Positions 11,601 to 20,453 of a stretch of 64,000 bases of DNA are shown here, in pieces (the stretch's first letter is position 1; each line of letters begins with the position of its first letter). The DNA is taken from positions 1-64,000 of IMG/VR virus record IMGVR_UViG_3300020577_008200, one strand, 5' to 3'. The stretch is from a virus (taxonomy: Duplodnaviria > Caudoviricetes). The position numbers and the translations under genes were made by a program. The notes beneath the pieces were generated by a model. The model was not told where the DNA came from and did no database searches. It saw only the letters and a program-made list of their open reading frames with translations.

Positions 11601-11759
11601 GTTAAACTATGGTCAATAACTGGAGAGATAACCGGGCGAAAGAAAGATAGAACAGTGTATAATTTTTTTAGCAGAACAGTGCCGGCTTTAACTAAAATTC
11701 AAGCGTGTTGGAATCCAGATATTACCGCTTGGGTTATTATAAGTGCTGACTGTCCATAA
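8697..11759 (+). CDS. Large tail/baseplate hub-like protein
   Basis: 1020 aa downstream of tape measure, AAGGA RBS; N-terminal FSSSLGWG...V.V.LV.D pattern; assigned by position and composition. Confidence 0.55.
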   Translation: MPLEGLKLFGSTVKNFSSSLGWGTNKSSVRVNLVQDSYLGDYFLPPPVGAPSYVTFGSLNFWGLLQKWEKSLSQEGFPIYDVLIEDPRDILDGTEVILGVYNNNTYGVPNLINVFGYWENLLGFGGSKINDSGMPWYLIRQGLLNIINSPIQTNFGGPLKYKGYSYNLDLSQLPTTSNSYRVGGGTNMSLMAIIQNVCDENALDFFVDMTPGTRNIRVRTVSRRLQPPVGYIQQLINENLATGLCVNSTVGLEARNETTSAFVVGGEVTTIYETSSNHTVHQYFGKDVNNNPIIGIGTDYSMTALLNSSEVKDIIGTNGYYCSALEMSCALADINTWLNYMYALKPTFSDMIGIISPNVNPAINILHGPVVPVFPADTLNLAPNFVAAASGMSVEDISNYIIQRMYNFVQKISQEFLGKKYLIEIPFMFTQTESETGRILHSYDVTNAGYIESGVAPLGLSSIFADNFKTSDNRYEPMAVQAALSGADLSRINTGDYLVDIYGGGKIYIKISIDEEIVFLDELTPCVVVTVNNPIYNVPIDATGAGIAEIAAIFQMNTVDCANLMNSLGAGNFFGKISPLPVSPTGWAIPLKSNILSYGPWYKIGAYGKVNFIHDSGLVPWNYGNSTVMDLAARAKVEEAVSYQQQAESGSIELVGAPIFNIGDQLQISSNALLGPSLTGMDIRYSDKGVTTTYRMQTFSANRLGTHYKGEVERYKKAALLNNKLNRDARQLWRKSLLPNPNLANIEISTLASSQLRGWPGQFQRNSPHAYLIGMVDSDAEFSDLRRTSVTTTSDNEFITSININSDYYNRTAAMSLTGIVRPFSTMYNHEEMACYELPNPSYTDAIDGTFLNPFKVNNDVEIYIHGNSYSDAHSYLNDGPDENVRGFALRGPLILSGWGWCTDDAFVPNSNPTDLSGGELTNYLRKSWYWKTGAVDLLWDDERKVWTPHGFMCGKTIGAIPSGSSGLVKLWSITGEITGRKKDRTVYNFFSRTVPALTKIQACWNPDITAWVIISADCP

Positions 11760-11772
11760 TGAGGGAAAATGA

Positions 11773-12393
11773 ATGGCAAGTATAAGTTTTTATGCCGGTG
11801 AAGATTTTAATATCTATGATGTTAGTGCTTCCGGTTTAGGGTTTTTCGGAGGAGGGTTTGGGATATCTATTCCAGTCGGAACTGGTTATAATACTAGAAC
11901 TTTTATAACTAACTCAGTTGGAACTATAGAAGGACCAGAGGTAGATAATGTTAGATATGTTTCTAGTACAGGAGCAGTTTTAGGACAAACTGGAGTTCCT
12001 ATATTACTAACGCAAATTCCTAACTATCTATCCACATTGAATGTTAGATTTACTCATTCAACAGGTGTTAGGACCATGAATTCTGAATTCAGAATTTTTG
12101 ATAGAAGCAATATTAATAATCCTCCGAGTGGAGTTACGTGTAAAATTGCGGAAATTATTCATCCTGCAACTACACAAACTAATGTTGGTTCTGGGGACGC
12201 GACCTGGGTATTAGGTAGTGGAAGTGGGTCTAAACTTAGTTTAGTAGACAGTCCTGGTACTAGCGGTCTTAGCCCATCAGGTATTAGCACTATAGATAGT
12301 AGACATGATTGGTATGTAGCTATCACAGTATCTCCAGATACAATAGGAGCGCATACTAATTTCGGAGCTTATGTGAGTTGCGAATATTTGTAA
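11773..12393 (+). CDS. Putative virion structural protein
   Basis: 206 aa, Gly/Ser/Thr-rich, last gene of + strand module, GAGGG RBS. Confidence 0.5.
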   Translation: MASISFYAGEDFNIYDVSASGLGFFGGGFGISIPVGTGYNTRTFITNSVGTIEGPEVDNVRYVSSTGAVLGQTGVPILLTQIPNYLSTLNVRFTHSTGVRTMNSEFRIFDRSNINNPPSGVTCKIAEIIHPATTQTNVGSGDATWVLGSGSGSKLSLVDSPGTSGLSPSGISTIDSRHDWYVAITVSPDTIGAHTNFGAYVSCEYL

Positions 12394-12465
12394 TTAAAAT
12401 GTGAATAAAATTAGTGGTTTGAAATTAAGTTCTACTATTAGATGAGAATTTAATTGGAAACAAAA

Positions 12466-12487
12466 TAGCCGTCAATTAAGACGGCTA
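12466..12487 (-). terminator. Rho-independent terminator between convergent operons (possibly bidirectional)
   Basis: TAGCCGTC-aattaa-GACGGCTA perfect 8-bp stem, followed on the minus strand by TTTTGTTT. Confidence 0.8.
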
Positions 12488-12504
12488 ATTATATTGTTTT
12501 CTAA

Positions 12505-13029
12505 CTATCTCCAACCGAACATTAATTTTACAGCTTCTTCTAATAATATTTTAATTATTTTCCCCTCCCCCATACTTATTACGTGCTTTACATTAACAAG
12601 CGTTCCATCTTTTTTCTTGGATGATAATCCTAACCAATATACATCGCCGGCCTTTTGGAATTTAAGAATAGTATTCCCTAAAGGTGTTTGGTGAAATACG
12701 GACCCTCCTTTTCCATCTTTAGCTGGCATTCCAGCAAATTCCTTAGTTCCATCCAATACACAGAGAAGTTCTCCAACATCTAAAGCTTCCATTTTAAATG
12801 TAACTTTTTTATTCTTATCTGTCCAAGCGAAACTAGCATTTCCCTCAGAGTCAAGTCCAGTTTGTTGAGCGGATTCTAGGAAAAGGTACACATGATGCCT
12901 TCCCTGCTTATCCGCTATTTTAATTTGCAGACGCGAAGCGGCTCCTGAACCCGATTTGTTCGGCTTATAAATTCGATATTCTGGAAAATAAATAGTTTCC
13001 ATTTTTTGTTTAACATCTTTTTCATTCAT
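12505..13029 (-). CDS. Hypothetical protein, possibly Whirly/PC4-like ssDNA-binding protein
   Basis: 174 aa, basic, beta-beta-alpha repeats (YRIYKPN..G.G.A, K...DVGELL.VL, VFHQT); near the annealase gene; fold call is recognition only. Confidence 0.4.
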   Translation of the reverse strand: MNEKDVKQKMETIYFPEYRIYKPNKSGSGAASRLQIKIADKQGRHHVYLFLESAQQTGLDSEGNASFAWTDKNKKVTFKMEALDVGELLCVLDGTKEFAGMPAKDGKGGSVFHQTPLGNTILKFQKAGDVYWLGLSSKKKDGTLVNVKHVISMGEGKIIKILLEEAVKLMFGWR

Positions 13030-13163
13030 TTACTTGCTCCAGTGTTATTTCACCCTCTTCACATTGTATAGTGGTGGGTATATACGGAAAATGAGTTTTT
13101 TCATCAATATAGGTAATCGTTAGCCTTTTTAAATCAAAGGCCACTATATTATCCACGATATTA

Positions 13164-14000
13164 TTATTTAGTTTCACCCGGTATTTCATTTTTAACATCC
13201 CATGAGGTATCCCAATATGTGGCCCAACTATCAGACCAACCTTTAATTTTTTCCGGCTTGCTCTCTGGTTTTTGTTGGAAGCTGCTCAAAGCCCCAGACA
13301 TTTTAATAGCTGTTGCGTATGGAACTTCATTAATAGTTCTATACTTATTTCTACCCATATTAATATATTTCATTAAATGAATATCGTTTCGCTTTGCTAT
13401 ATTCACTAAGAAGTTAATTTGAGCTAAAGTTATCTTTCCTTGTTCAGTAGGATTATCCGCAATTGGAGCTACGGTAGTTACCTCTTCTGCTGCAATGACT
13501 CTCTTCAACATTAGAGCTTTTCTTAAAGCTCTAGCTTCCGCTCTAGTAGAGGCGGTGGAGCTAGCGAATCTGCGATATTCAGCCTCACAGTTTTGCTCAT
13601 TAACATCTGCTACTTCTTTGAAGTATCTATCTTCTTTACTATATTCGTCCAATTCTCGATACCATTTAATACCTACTTTGTGTTCTACAGTAGCACAAAA
13701 ACCGTTCTGAGTAGTTGGGGCTTGAATTACATTACACTCACTTAGAAAAATATCTCCTAATAGTTTTCTAGCAACTCTTCGCAAACCGTCTACAGTAGGA
13801 TTACCATCCATTAGCTCGTCTTCACCAAACTGCTTTAATACGAAATCAGACCAAGTTTCGTCTACCATAAGTGGGTCTGACAACTCTTCTGCTAGTAATG
13901 ATTCTTTTCTTTCTCCTGAAAGAATAGGAAGTTCTTCATTAGCCTCTAAAGAGTTTAAATTGACTGAGTCTAAAACACCTACTTCATTTTCGTCACCCAT
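13164..14000 (-). CDS. Rad52/Sak-like single-strand annealing protein
   Basis: PTVDGLRRVA...ATVEH...ADV...ASTRAEARALRKAL core plus C-terminal IT.AQ..F motif typical of Rad52-family phage annealases. Confidence 0.65.
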   Translation of the reverse strand: MGDENEVGVLDSVNLNSLEANEELPILSGERKESLLAEELSDPLMVDETWSDFVLKQFGEDELMDGNPTVDGLRRVARKLLGDIFLSECNVIQAPTTQNGFCATVEHKVGIKWYRELDEYSKEDRYFKEVADVNEQNCEAEYRRFASSTASTRAEARALRKALMLKRVIAAEEVTTVAPIADNPTEQGKITLAQINFLVNIAKRNDIHLMKYINMGRNKYRTINEVPYATAIKMSGALSSFQQKPESKPEKIKGWSDSWATYWDTSWDVKNEIPGETK

Positions 14001-14002
14001 TA

Positions 14003-14776
14003 TTACATTACCTCAATTTCAATAAGACGTTTATCTTCTTCCGGGAAGTTGGATTTAATACAGTTTAAGGTATCTAACACCTTTGTCAAGACTTTTCTTT
14101 TATGTATTTGAGAAATACTCTTAACTAAATGTTTAACTCTAATTACTACGAAACCGCCATTGATTAACAAACCGTTCTTCTTATTATCTGAAACTAAATG
14201 TTTAGCTAAATTTTCTTCACCCCAAATTGGGTAAAAGTGTGCCGGTCCATCAACTTCTATTACAGTATTTAATTCTGGTATATAGATATCCATTTCTAGT
14301 TTTTCACTAGCTACTAAGTGTGTTCTATGGAAATCTGGTTTATAACCATTTCTTCTAAGCTCTATCACTAAGAATCGTTCTAATTTGGACCCGAATTCTG
14401 CGGACTCTCTAACAGCTTCCGAAGCCGCTTTTCTAAATTCTTCTCTTTCATCATCAGGCATACTTTCCCAATTTTCCTTAGCAATTTGGGAACGCCTTGC
14501 TCTTTCATTCTCGCTCATATCCTGCCACTGTTTAGCGATAGCTTCACTTATCTTAATTTTAGTAGCTTCGGAACGTTTTTTCCCTTTAGTTGGATGATTA
14601 TGTCTTCCGCTTTCTAAAGCATCTTTTTGAGCCTCACTCTTATCTCTCATCTTAACACCGGCATCAGTCAAGATTCTCCTAACCTTATTTGGGTAGGTGC
14701 TAAATTCTTTAGCTATAGCGTAAGTGCTTTTTTTATCTATTATGCAAGCATTTATCACATATTCTTCAGCAGTCAT
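14003..14776 (-). CDS. NUMOD3 + DUF559/Vsr-like endonuclease (putative homing endonuclease)
   Basis: N-terminal HTH-like region, KGKKRSEATKIKISEA (NUMOD3-like), C-terminal EMDIYIPELNTVIEVDGPAHF PD-(D/E)XK motif. Confidence 0.7.
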   Translation of the reverse strand: MTAEEYVINACIIDKKSTYAIAKEFSTYPNKVRRILTDAGVKMRDKSEAQKDALESGRHNHPTKGKKRSEATKIKISEAIAKQWQDMSENERARRSQIAKENWESMPDDEREEFRKAASEAVRESAEFGSKLERFLVIELRRNGYKPDFHRTHLVASEKLEMDIYIPELNTVIEVDGPAHFYPIWGEENLAKHLVSDNKKNGLLINGGFVVIRVKHLVKSISQIHKRKVLTKVLDTLNCIKSNFPEEDKRLIEIEVM

Positions 14777-15237
14777 TTTGTTATTTCCAGTAATTTATCA
14801 ATATTGAAATCTTCTATAATATATTTTACTTTAGTGTTCCACATACTTTCGATTAGTTTAGCATGGTTTTTACATCTTGCAATTAAAATTAATTTTGGAT
14901 TGGAATAAATTTCTTCTAATTTTGAGTAATCTTTATCAATTAAATTTATCCATTCCAAATCCCAAATGTAAAAGAATTTATTTCTTATAGTAGGAATTCG
15001 GATAATATCTTGAGCCGAATTTAAATTAGTCGCAATCACAGGCCCGTCATATCCCCACATCTCTACTGATTGCATACAAGAAAATTTAGGGTCTAATGAA
15101 TACTTAATTAGATTTTCGTAGAAACCAATAATATCAGTTTTATATTCTTTTTCCAAATATAGATTTATATTATTTATAATAAGATAGCTTAATTGACTAG
15201 CCCCGAAACTAGAAACAGCTATTCCTAATTTTCTCAT
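14773..15237 (-). CDS. Hypothetical protein, glycosyltransferase-like fragment
   Basis: 154 aa, FFYIWDLEW and LIARCKNHAKLIE resemble the N-terminal Rossmann half of GT-B enzymes; coupled to GT genes. Confidence 0.35.
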   Translation of the reverse strand: MRKLGIAVSSFGASQLSYLIINNINLYLEKEYKTDIIGFYENLIKYSLDPKFSCMQSVEMWGYDGPVIATNLNSAQDIIRIPTIRNKFFYIWDLEWINLIDKDYSKLEEIYSNPKLILIARCKNHAKLIESMWNTKVKYIIEDFNIDKLLEITK

Positions 15238-16115
15238 TTTATCTCCAGTTGGTTGAACACTTGGTTTATACGATGTTCGTAAGTATGGTTATCTAGAATC
15301 CAGTTAGTAGAAATTTTACCAATTAATTCTTGATAAGTTTTGACAGTATCAACCATACAGTAATTACCAAAAAGATTTTCGTATTCTTTATTAGCTCCCA
15401 ATATTAAACATCGTCCTTTACAAGCTAATATCTTAAATATACGTTCGCTAGGTGAATATCCTTTATTATTAGTAACGCTGAGATTCAAATCTGAATTTGA
15501 TATTATATTACAAAATACATCGTTGTTAGTTATAATTCCCAGATGATTTGCTACTGACCAATTGCCGAAACCGTAGATTTTTATTCCAAAATCTAAATAT
15601 GGATAGATATATTTTTTAATATTCTCCTCTTTGGAGGGTTCCCACTGGCCGATGAAGCTTATTGGAGAATAATATCTATTATCTATATCTTTTGGTTTAA
15701 AACGGGTGATATCAGCAGCGGGTAAGCAGGAGAAGCACCTTATACCACTCCAATAAGGTAGGTAGTTTTCAAAATTTTGACTAAACATGGTTTGATATTT
15801 AGATTTTAATTGATTTACATATTTTTTTTCATCTTCAGTAGCATCTTCGTAATCATTTAGAAATATAATAGCTTTGGTTTCATCAAATTTGCTATCTAAT
15901 AGAACTTTAGTTAATGAGCGTGTTAAATCTCGACTGTGGCACCAGAACACATCAGGTTGGTAAGTATCAAAAATATCAAAAGAAGATATATTTTCATTAC
16001 CGTTCCACATTCTCACATCACAATCTTTCCTTAGAGACAGAGCGTTACTCCAACCGAGGGAGTGGCTTTGAATGTCGGGTGTGGTTGCCTTTCCTGCAAA
16101 AATTAATATTTTCAA
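15234..16115 (-). CDS. Glycosyltransferase, CgeB/Glyco_trans_1_2-like
   Basis: LPAAD...F.P, ISFIG.W, IKIYG...W, SERIFKILACKG, NHTYEHRI motifs. Confidence 0.75.
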   Translation of the reverse strand: MKILIFAGKATTPDIQSHSLGWSNALSLRKDCDVRMWNGNENISSFDIFDTYQPDVFWCHSRDLTRSLTKVLLDSKFDETKAIIFLNDYEDATEDEKKYVNQLKSKYQTMFSQNFENYLPYWSGIRCFSCLPAADITRFKPKDIDNRYYSPISFIGQWEPSKEENIKKYIYPYLDFGIKIYGFGNWSVANHLGIITNNDVFCNIISNSDLNLSVTNNKGYSPSERIFKILACKGRCLILGANKEYENLFGNYCMVDTVKTYQELIGKISTNWILDNHTYEHRINQVFNQLEIK

Positions 16116-16816
16116 AATTTTCCTTCCCCGGCTAATTTTTCAGCCTTTTCAATATCTTTAGAGTCATCTATTTCTTGGATGAACATACTTGGATTTTCAT
16201 ATACTTTTAATTTTAAATTATGTTTACTAATCATTTTATTAAGTATTTCATAAGTTAAAAATTTATCTTGATAAGAACGGTTTACTATAGCGTTAAATAA
16301 GTTCATATCTTTGTAATCTAAATACAGTATATGCGCCCATTTTTTAAGAATTGAATATGAAAAGTTAACAACTGCTTCATTTTCATATTTAACTCCTATT
16401 TCCATTGAGTCAAATTGGTCATTCGTATCTAAAACAATTCCACTTTTATCGAAATTTAAATTTTCAATTGTTTCTTTATTAAATATCAAGTCCCCATATA
16501 CTATCAGGTAGTTATTAGCCGGATATTTTTCTGCTGCTAAAGATATGCTTTTAGCAACATTAGTTGTTTTGTATTTATAGTTTAGTAAAACTTTTATTAG
16601 TTTTGAATCTAATTTTTCTTCTATATAAGTATTAACTTTTTCATACTCAAATCCGGCAACTACAACTATTTTGGAATTGGGATATTTATCTGTTAATATT
16701 TTAATTTGTCTATGTATTAAATTTTTATCTTCTATTATTAGAAGAGATTTAGGGCCGTAAGATTTCATTCTTCTTCCTAAGCCTGCCGCTGGTATAATTA
16801 TTACTAAATCATCCAT
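16112..16816 (-). CDS. Sugar/choline-phosphate nucleotidyltransferase (LicC/NTP_transf-like)
   Basis: IIPAAGLGRRMKSYGPKSLL, VVAGF, YGDLIF, EIDDSKDI motifs. Confidence 0.85.
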   Translation of the reverse strand: MDDLVIIIPAAGLGRRMKSYGPKSLLIIEDKNLIHRQIKILTDKYPNSKIVVVAGFEYEKVNTYIEEKLDSKLIKVLLNYKYKTTNVAKSISLAAEKYPANNYLIVYGDLIFNKETIENLNFDKSGIVLDTNDQFDSMEIGVKYENEAVVNFSYSILKKWAHILYLDYKDMNLFNAIVNRSYQDKFLTYEILNKMISKHNLKLKVYENPSMFIQEIDDSKDIEKAEKLAGEGKF

Positions 16817-17423
16817 TTGTTTTTACTCTTTTAATTGTATCTGACAGAATGATATCTTTTGAAATTTTGAAATCTTCTATTTTAGTAGTATTTTCTTTTT
16901 CAATATTGGAATAAAGAATTTTTGGTAAGTGATATAGAACATATTTTTCACTAATTCTTAACCATATATCCCAATTTTCTAACACGTTTAGATTTGGATT
17001 ATAAGAGCCGCATTTATCAAACACTTCTCTTTTAAAGAGTGCTGTATTTGGTATAGTATAACCATCAGTTATCTTTTTTCTATCGAATGATGTTAAGTAT
17101 TGTGGAATATTATTATCATTGATGATATTAAAATAATCAGTGTAAACTGCTCCAACATAGACTGAATGATTAATTATAGTTTTGAGAGTGTCTTCAATAT
17201 AAGTAGGAAATAATATTTGCTGACCTTCTATTAATAGAACATAATCAGTTTTAGCTATAGTTTCCAAACCTTTATTAATAATTTCAGCTTTATTATGATT
17301 TCCACCTATTGAAATAACTTTTAAGTTTTTATAGGTTTGAGACTTAATACTACTAATACATTTTTGAATTTCTTCTTCAGTATTATCTTTATTAATAATA
17401 ATTATTCCTACTGAATTATCCAT
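16809..17423 (-). CDS. GT2-family glycosyltransferase (degenerate DxD)
   Basis: CISSIKSQTYKNL, INKGLE, VGAVYTDY, LFKREVFDKCGSYN, EN(ED)WDIWLRIS. Confidence 0.75.
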   Translation of the reverse strand: MDNSVGIIIINKDNTEEEIQKCISSIKSQTYKNLKVISIGGNHNKAEIINKGLETIAKTDYVLLIEGQQILFPTYIEDTLKTIINHSVYVGAVYTDYFNIINDNNIPQYLTSFDRKKITDGYTIPNTALFKREVFDKCGSYNPNLNVLENWDIWLRISEKYVLYHLPKILYSNIEKENTTKIEDFKISKDIILSDTIKRVKTNG

Positions 17424-18219
17424 TTAATATCTCTTGATAGCTTTTAATTAGAAAATGTTGATTATTTTTATTAGCCAAATATTTTACTTTATCTTGTAAA
17501 GAGTTTAGTATTAAAGTGTCGTCTTGACAATCTTCATCAATTTTTGAGGCACGAATTGGATAGTTGCCTTCTAGATTTTTGTGTAATGGAAAATAAACAA
17601 AATCACCTATTTTATTTGTAACTATTAAAAATCTTTTTAATTCTACGTTGATAGCTTCATCTATATTAGCAACATACTCTTCATCTAGATTAGTTCCACT
17701 TTCCAGAATTAGATAATAGTCAGTCTTAACTTTATCTAAAGAAGTTTCTAAAGCGAATCTATCATTACTTAACATTCTATCTACTCTGAACGGTAGTTTT
17801 TGATTTTTAAGCTGTCTGATTAAATTTGGATATTTTATTTTGTTAGAGGTGCAGTTTAAGACTATCAATGAAGGTTTTACTAATTGTTTATTTAAACTTT
17901 TTAAAGTTATTTCTAAAGCAGAGCTATCTACATCTGTAATTGGGATTATAACTTCATAATTAACTAAAAGTTCTGCCCTAACTATTAGAGGGAGATTTAT
18001 TTTATTTTTACCTTCAGCCCATTGTGAAGGACGTTTAGCAGAACAGAAGCGTCCTTTAACAATCATAGTTGGAGTATTAGGATTTTGTCTTGGATGATGT
18101 ATATCGTCAATAAAACTTATTTCTGCTCCATTTTCTTTGAATTTTTCATATCTTCCTAATGAGCATTCTAAGTCTCCATCGTAAAATACACATCCTTTGC
18201 ATTTAGTTTCAATTTCCAT
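17416..18219 (-). CDS. Hypothetical protein, GT-A-like with N-terminal Cys cluster
   Basis: CKGC...CSLGR N-terminus; VIIP...LEITLKSL..Q...P..IV and TDYYLILE resemble GT2 fold. Confidence 0.4.
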   Translation of the reverse strand: MEIETKCKGCVFYDGDLECSLGRYEKFKENGAEISFIDDIHHPRQNPNTPTMIVKGRFCSAKRPSQWAEGKNKINLPLIVRAELLVNYEVIIPITDVDSSALEITLKSLNKQLVKPSLIVLNCTSNKIKYPNLIRQLKNQKLPFRVDRMLSNDRFALETSLDKVKTDYYLILESGTNLDEEYVANIDEAINVELKRFLIVTNKIGDFVYFPLHKNLEGNYPIRASKIDEDCQDDTLILNSLQDKVKYLANKNNQHFLIKSYQEILNG

Positions 18220-18692
18220 TATATTCTTTGTGCCTCTATTACAAAATTATAATCTTCAAAATATTTCTTAGTTATTTTAAGTCCTTTAGACTTTAGAGCT
18301 TCCTCTAAGGATATGATATTTAAACCACATTTTCTTAGGTTCCATTTTCTATCTTGTCCACCAAATAATAACTCGTTTAGTTTTAATAGGTTAATATCTC
18401 CTCTAATGTAAGCTTTATAACTTTCATCCAGGTCTATATCTGAAATGTAAATAGTGCCATTTTTGCGAAGTTTACTAATCCAATTGTTTAACATATTATC
18501 TACTTTGTTAGAATCAAAGTAGGTTAATATTTCATGAACTCTTATTTCTTCACATTCATTATCATCCACATATTCATCTAAATTTGAGATATCTGTTTTG
18601 ATTCTAGCATCTCCAACTTCCATCATACATGGGTCAAGATTAAGATAGCCGGACAATACATTTCCATTATCTATAAGTAAATTTACTTTCAT
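18219..18692 (-). CDS. SAM-dependent methyltransferase-like protein (type 11-like)
   Basis: GYLNLD, DISNL...DNECEEI...EILTY, W..KL..NG.I.I.D.D pattern common in glycan loci. Confidence 0.65.
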   Translation of the reverse strand: MKVNLLIDNGNVLSGYLNLDPCMMEVGDARIKTDISNLDEYVDDNECEEIRVHEILTYFDSNKVDNMLNNWISKLRKNGTIYISDIDLDESYKAYIRGDINLLKLNELLFGGQDRKWNLRKCGLNIISLEEALKSKGLKITKKYFEDYNFVIEAQRI

Positions 18693-19678
18693 GCTCTGCT
18701 TGTCCCCTTATATACTATATTAGTAGCTTGACTGAATATCTGATTCCAATTAGAAACAAATTGTTCTACTGAGTGATTAAGAAGTATTTGTTTGTTGGCT
18801 CTTATTCCTATTGTTCTAAACCATTCTTTATTTTTAATATAAATTTCTGCATATTTTAACAGATATTCAGGATATTTTTCGTCAACTAATAAACCTGTCT
18901 TTTTATGAGTAATAACTTTATTAATTTCACAGTTATCTAAAGCTATTACTACAGCTCCAGTATACATAGCTTTTAGAACTTGTGTGGGTTGAGGAACAGA
19001 TAATGTTGGGTTGATATAGATACTAGCTTTATTAAACTCTTCAATTTCATCTTGCCAATGAATATGTTTAGAAATACCAGGATTGTGACCAATAATTTTT
19101 ATTGGCAACTTTATGTTATGGAATAATTTCCAGTAGATTCCAAACCCATGACTATTTCCTTTTCTTTTCCAACTGTTAATAGCTGTTAGTATTGTTTTAC
19201 TTTTATTTTCGTTATAACTATATAAATGTTGATTGATAGCATTATTTATAATAGTATATTCATTTTCTTTAAAACCCCAACTTTTAGCCTGTTCGTGAGT
19301 AACAAATATATTAATATCACCTGAAATTTTTTCATTATTATATTTATCAGGATATTCCTGTTCTACTATAACTAATGGGATATGTAATTCTTTTGATATC
19401 ACAACACATTCTTTTAAATGTTTCTTTCTTCCTAAACATAAAATTAAATCAAAAGTTATTCCATTCCCTTTTATTTTATTTATCTCAGTGTAATTTTCTG
19501 GGATTAAAGCAACGTCGTTTCTCCATCTTTCCTGTCTTAAATTGAGAGCGAAAAAGTTATGGTTGGTTTTGCAGAGAAGGCTCTCGTATTCCTCACTGGT
19601 TGTGAACAGTAAAATATTAAGCGGCTCTCCATTTTGACGAGTAGCCGCTCTAATTATTGAATTTACCGCTGAAGACAT
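18689..19678 (-). CDS. GT4 (GT-B) glycosyltransferase
   Basis: INNAIN, ASIYINPT...P..VLKAMYTGAVVI, ITHKKTGLLV, F...WNQIF. Confidence 0.8.
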   Translation of the reverse strand: MSSAVNSIIRAATRQNGEPLNILLFTTSEEYESLLCKTNHNFFALNLRQERWRNDVALIPENYTEINKIKGNGITFDLILCLGRKKHLKECVVISKELHIPLVIVEQEYPDKYNNEKISGDINIFVTHEQAKSWGFKENEYTIINNAINQHLYSYNENKSKTILTAINSWKRKGNSHGFGIYWKLFHNIKLPIKIIGHNPGISKHIHWQDEIEEFNKASIYINPTLSVPQPTQVLKAMYTGAVVIALDNCEINKVITHKKTGLLVDEKYPEYLLKYAEIYIKNKEWFRTIGIRANKQILLNHSVEQFVSNWNQIFSQATNIVYKGTSRA

Positions 19679-19696
19679 AGAAATTACCTGTGTTTA

Positions 19697-19724
19697 AATT
19701 AGTTTGGTGTAACTAATTATACCA
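19697..19724 (-). promoter_or_regulatory. Extended -10 promoter (TGGTATAAT) overlapped by an 8-bp inverted repeat
   Basis: TGGTATAAT at 19724-19716; AATTAGTT-N6-AACTAATT at 19697-19718; only intergenic gap before the 18689-19678 GT gene. Confidence 0.5.
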
Positions 19725-19730
19725 CATTTT

Positions 19731-20453
19731 TTACTTACCGTCCAGTAGTTTCAAGATTTTCCCGATGAGTCCATTTCGGACGATATCGCTTTCATCTAGT
19801 TCTACCACTCCTATATCTTTATCTTCGTTGAACAATCTATCCGCTGTTACAGAGAATGCGCTTCTACTTCCTATTAAATCCTCTTTTCTCCACAAGTCAG
19901 TTTGTTCTCCATCACCAGTTATAACCATCTTAGAATCTTTACCCATTCTGGATAATAACATTTTAATTTGAGTCATAGTACAATTTTGAGCCTCATCAAT
20001 TACGACGAACATCTCGTCAAATGTAACACCTCTCATAAACTCGCAGGTGTCAATAACTATTTTATTTTCTTTAACTAAATCTGCTAACTCTCTTTCTCCA
20101 ATCAATTTACTGAAAAGTTGATAGAAAGCGGCCATATGTGGCCCTAATTTATCTTCCTTTTCTCCAGGTAAAAAACCTATAGGACGCCCACATTCTTGTA
20201 ATGGACGAATTACTAATAATTGTTTATACTTATTAGCCTTTAGATATTCTAAACCTTTAGATAAAGCAATATGTGTTTTTCCAGTTCCAGCAGGCCCATC
20301 GCATATGATAAATTGGCAGTGTTCAATAGTTTCTAGATAATATTTTTGACCTTCAGTTAATGGTTTGGTTTTATTTTTGTCAAGTTTTTTCTTAAAGAAT
20401 TCTTCAGTCTTTTTATCAAAAACTTCACGTTCAGGATTATCAAACTTACTCAT
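19731..20453 (-). CDS. phoH: PhoH family ATPase
   Basis: GPAGTGKTHIA, RP..ECG..IGFLPG..EDK, FMRGVTF, IDEAQN, GD.EQTDL, DIVRNGLI. Confidence 0.95.
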   Translation of the reverse strand: MSKFDNPEREVFDKKTEEFFKKKLDKNKTKPLTEGQKYYLETIEHCQFIICDGPAGTGKTHIALSKGLEYLKANKYKQLLVIRPLQECGRPIGFLPGEKEDKLGPHMAAFYQLFSKLIGERELADLVKENKIVIDTCEFMRGVTFDEMFVVIDEAQNCTMTQIKMLLSRMGKDSKMVITGDGEQTDLWRKEDLIGSRSAFSVTADRLFNEDKDIGVVELDESDIVRNGLIGKILKLLDGK

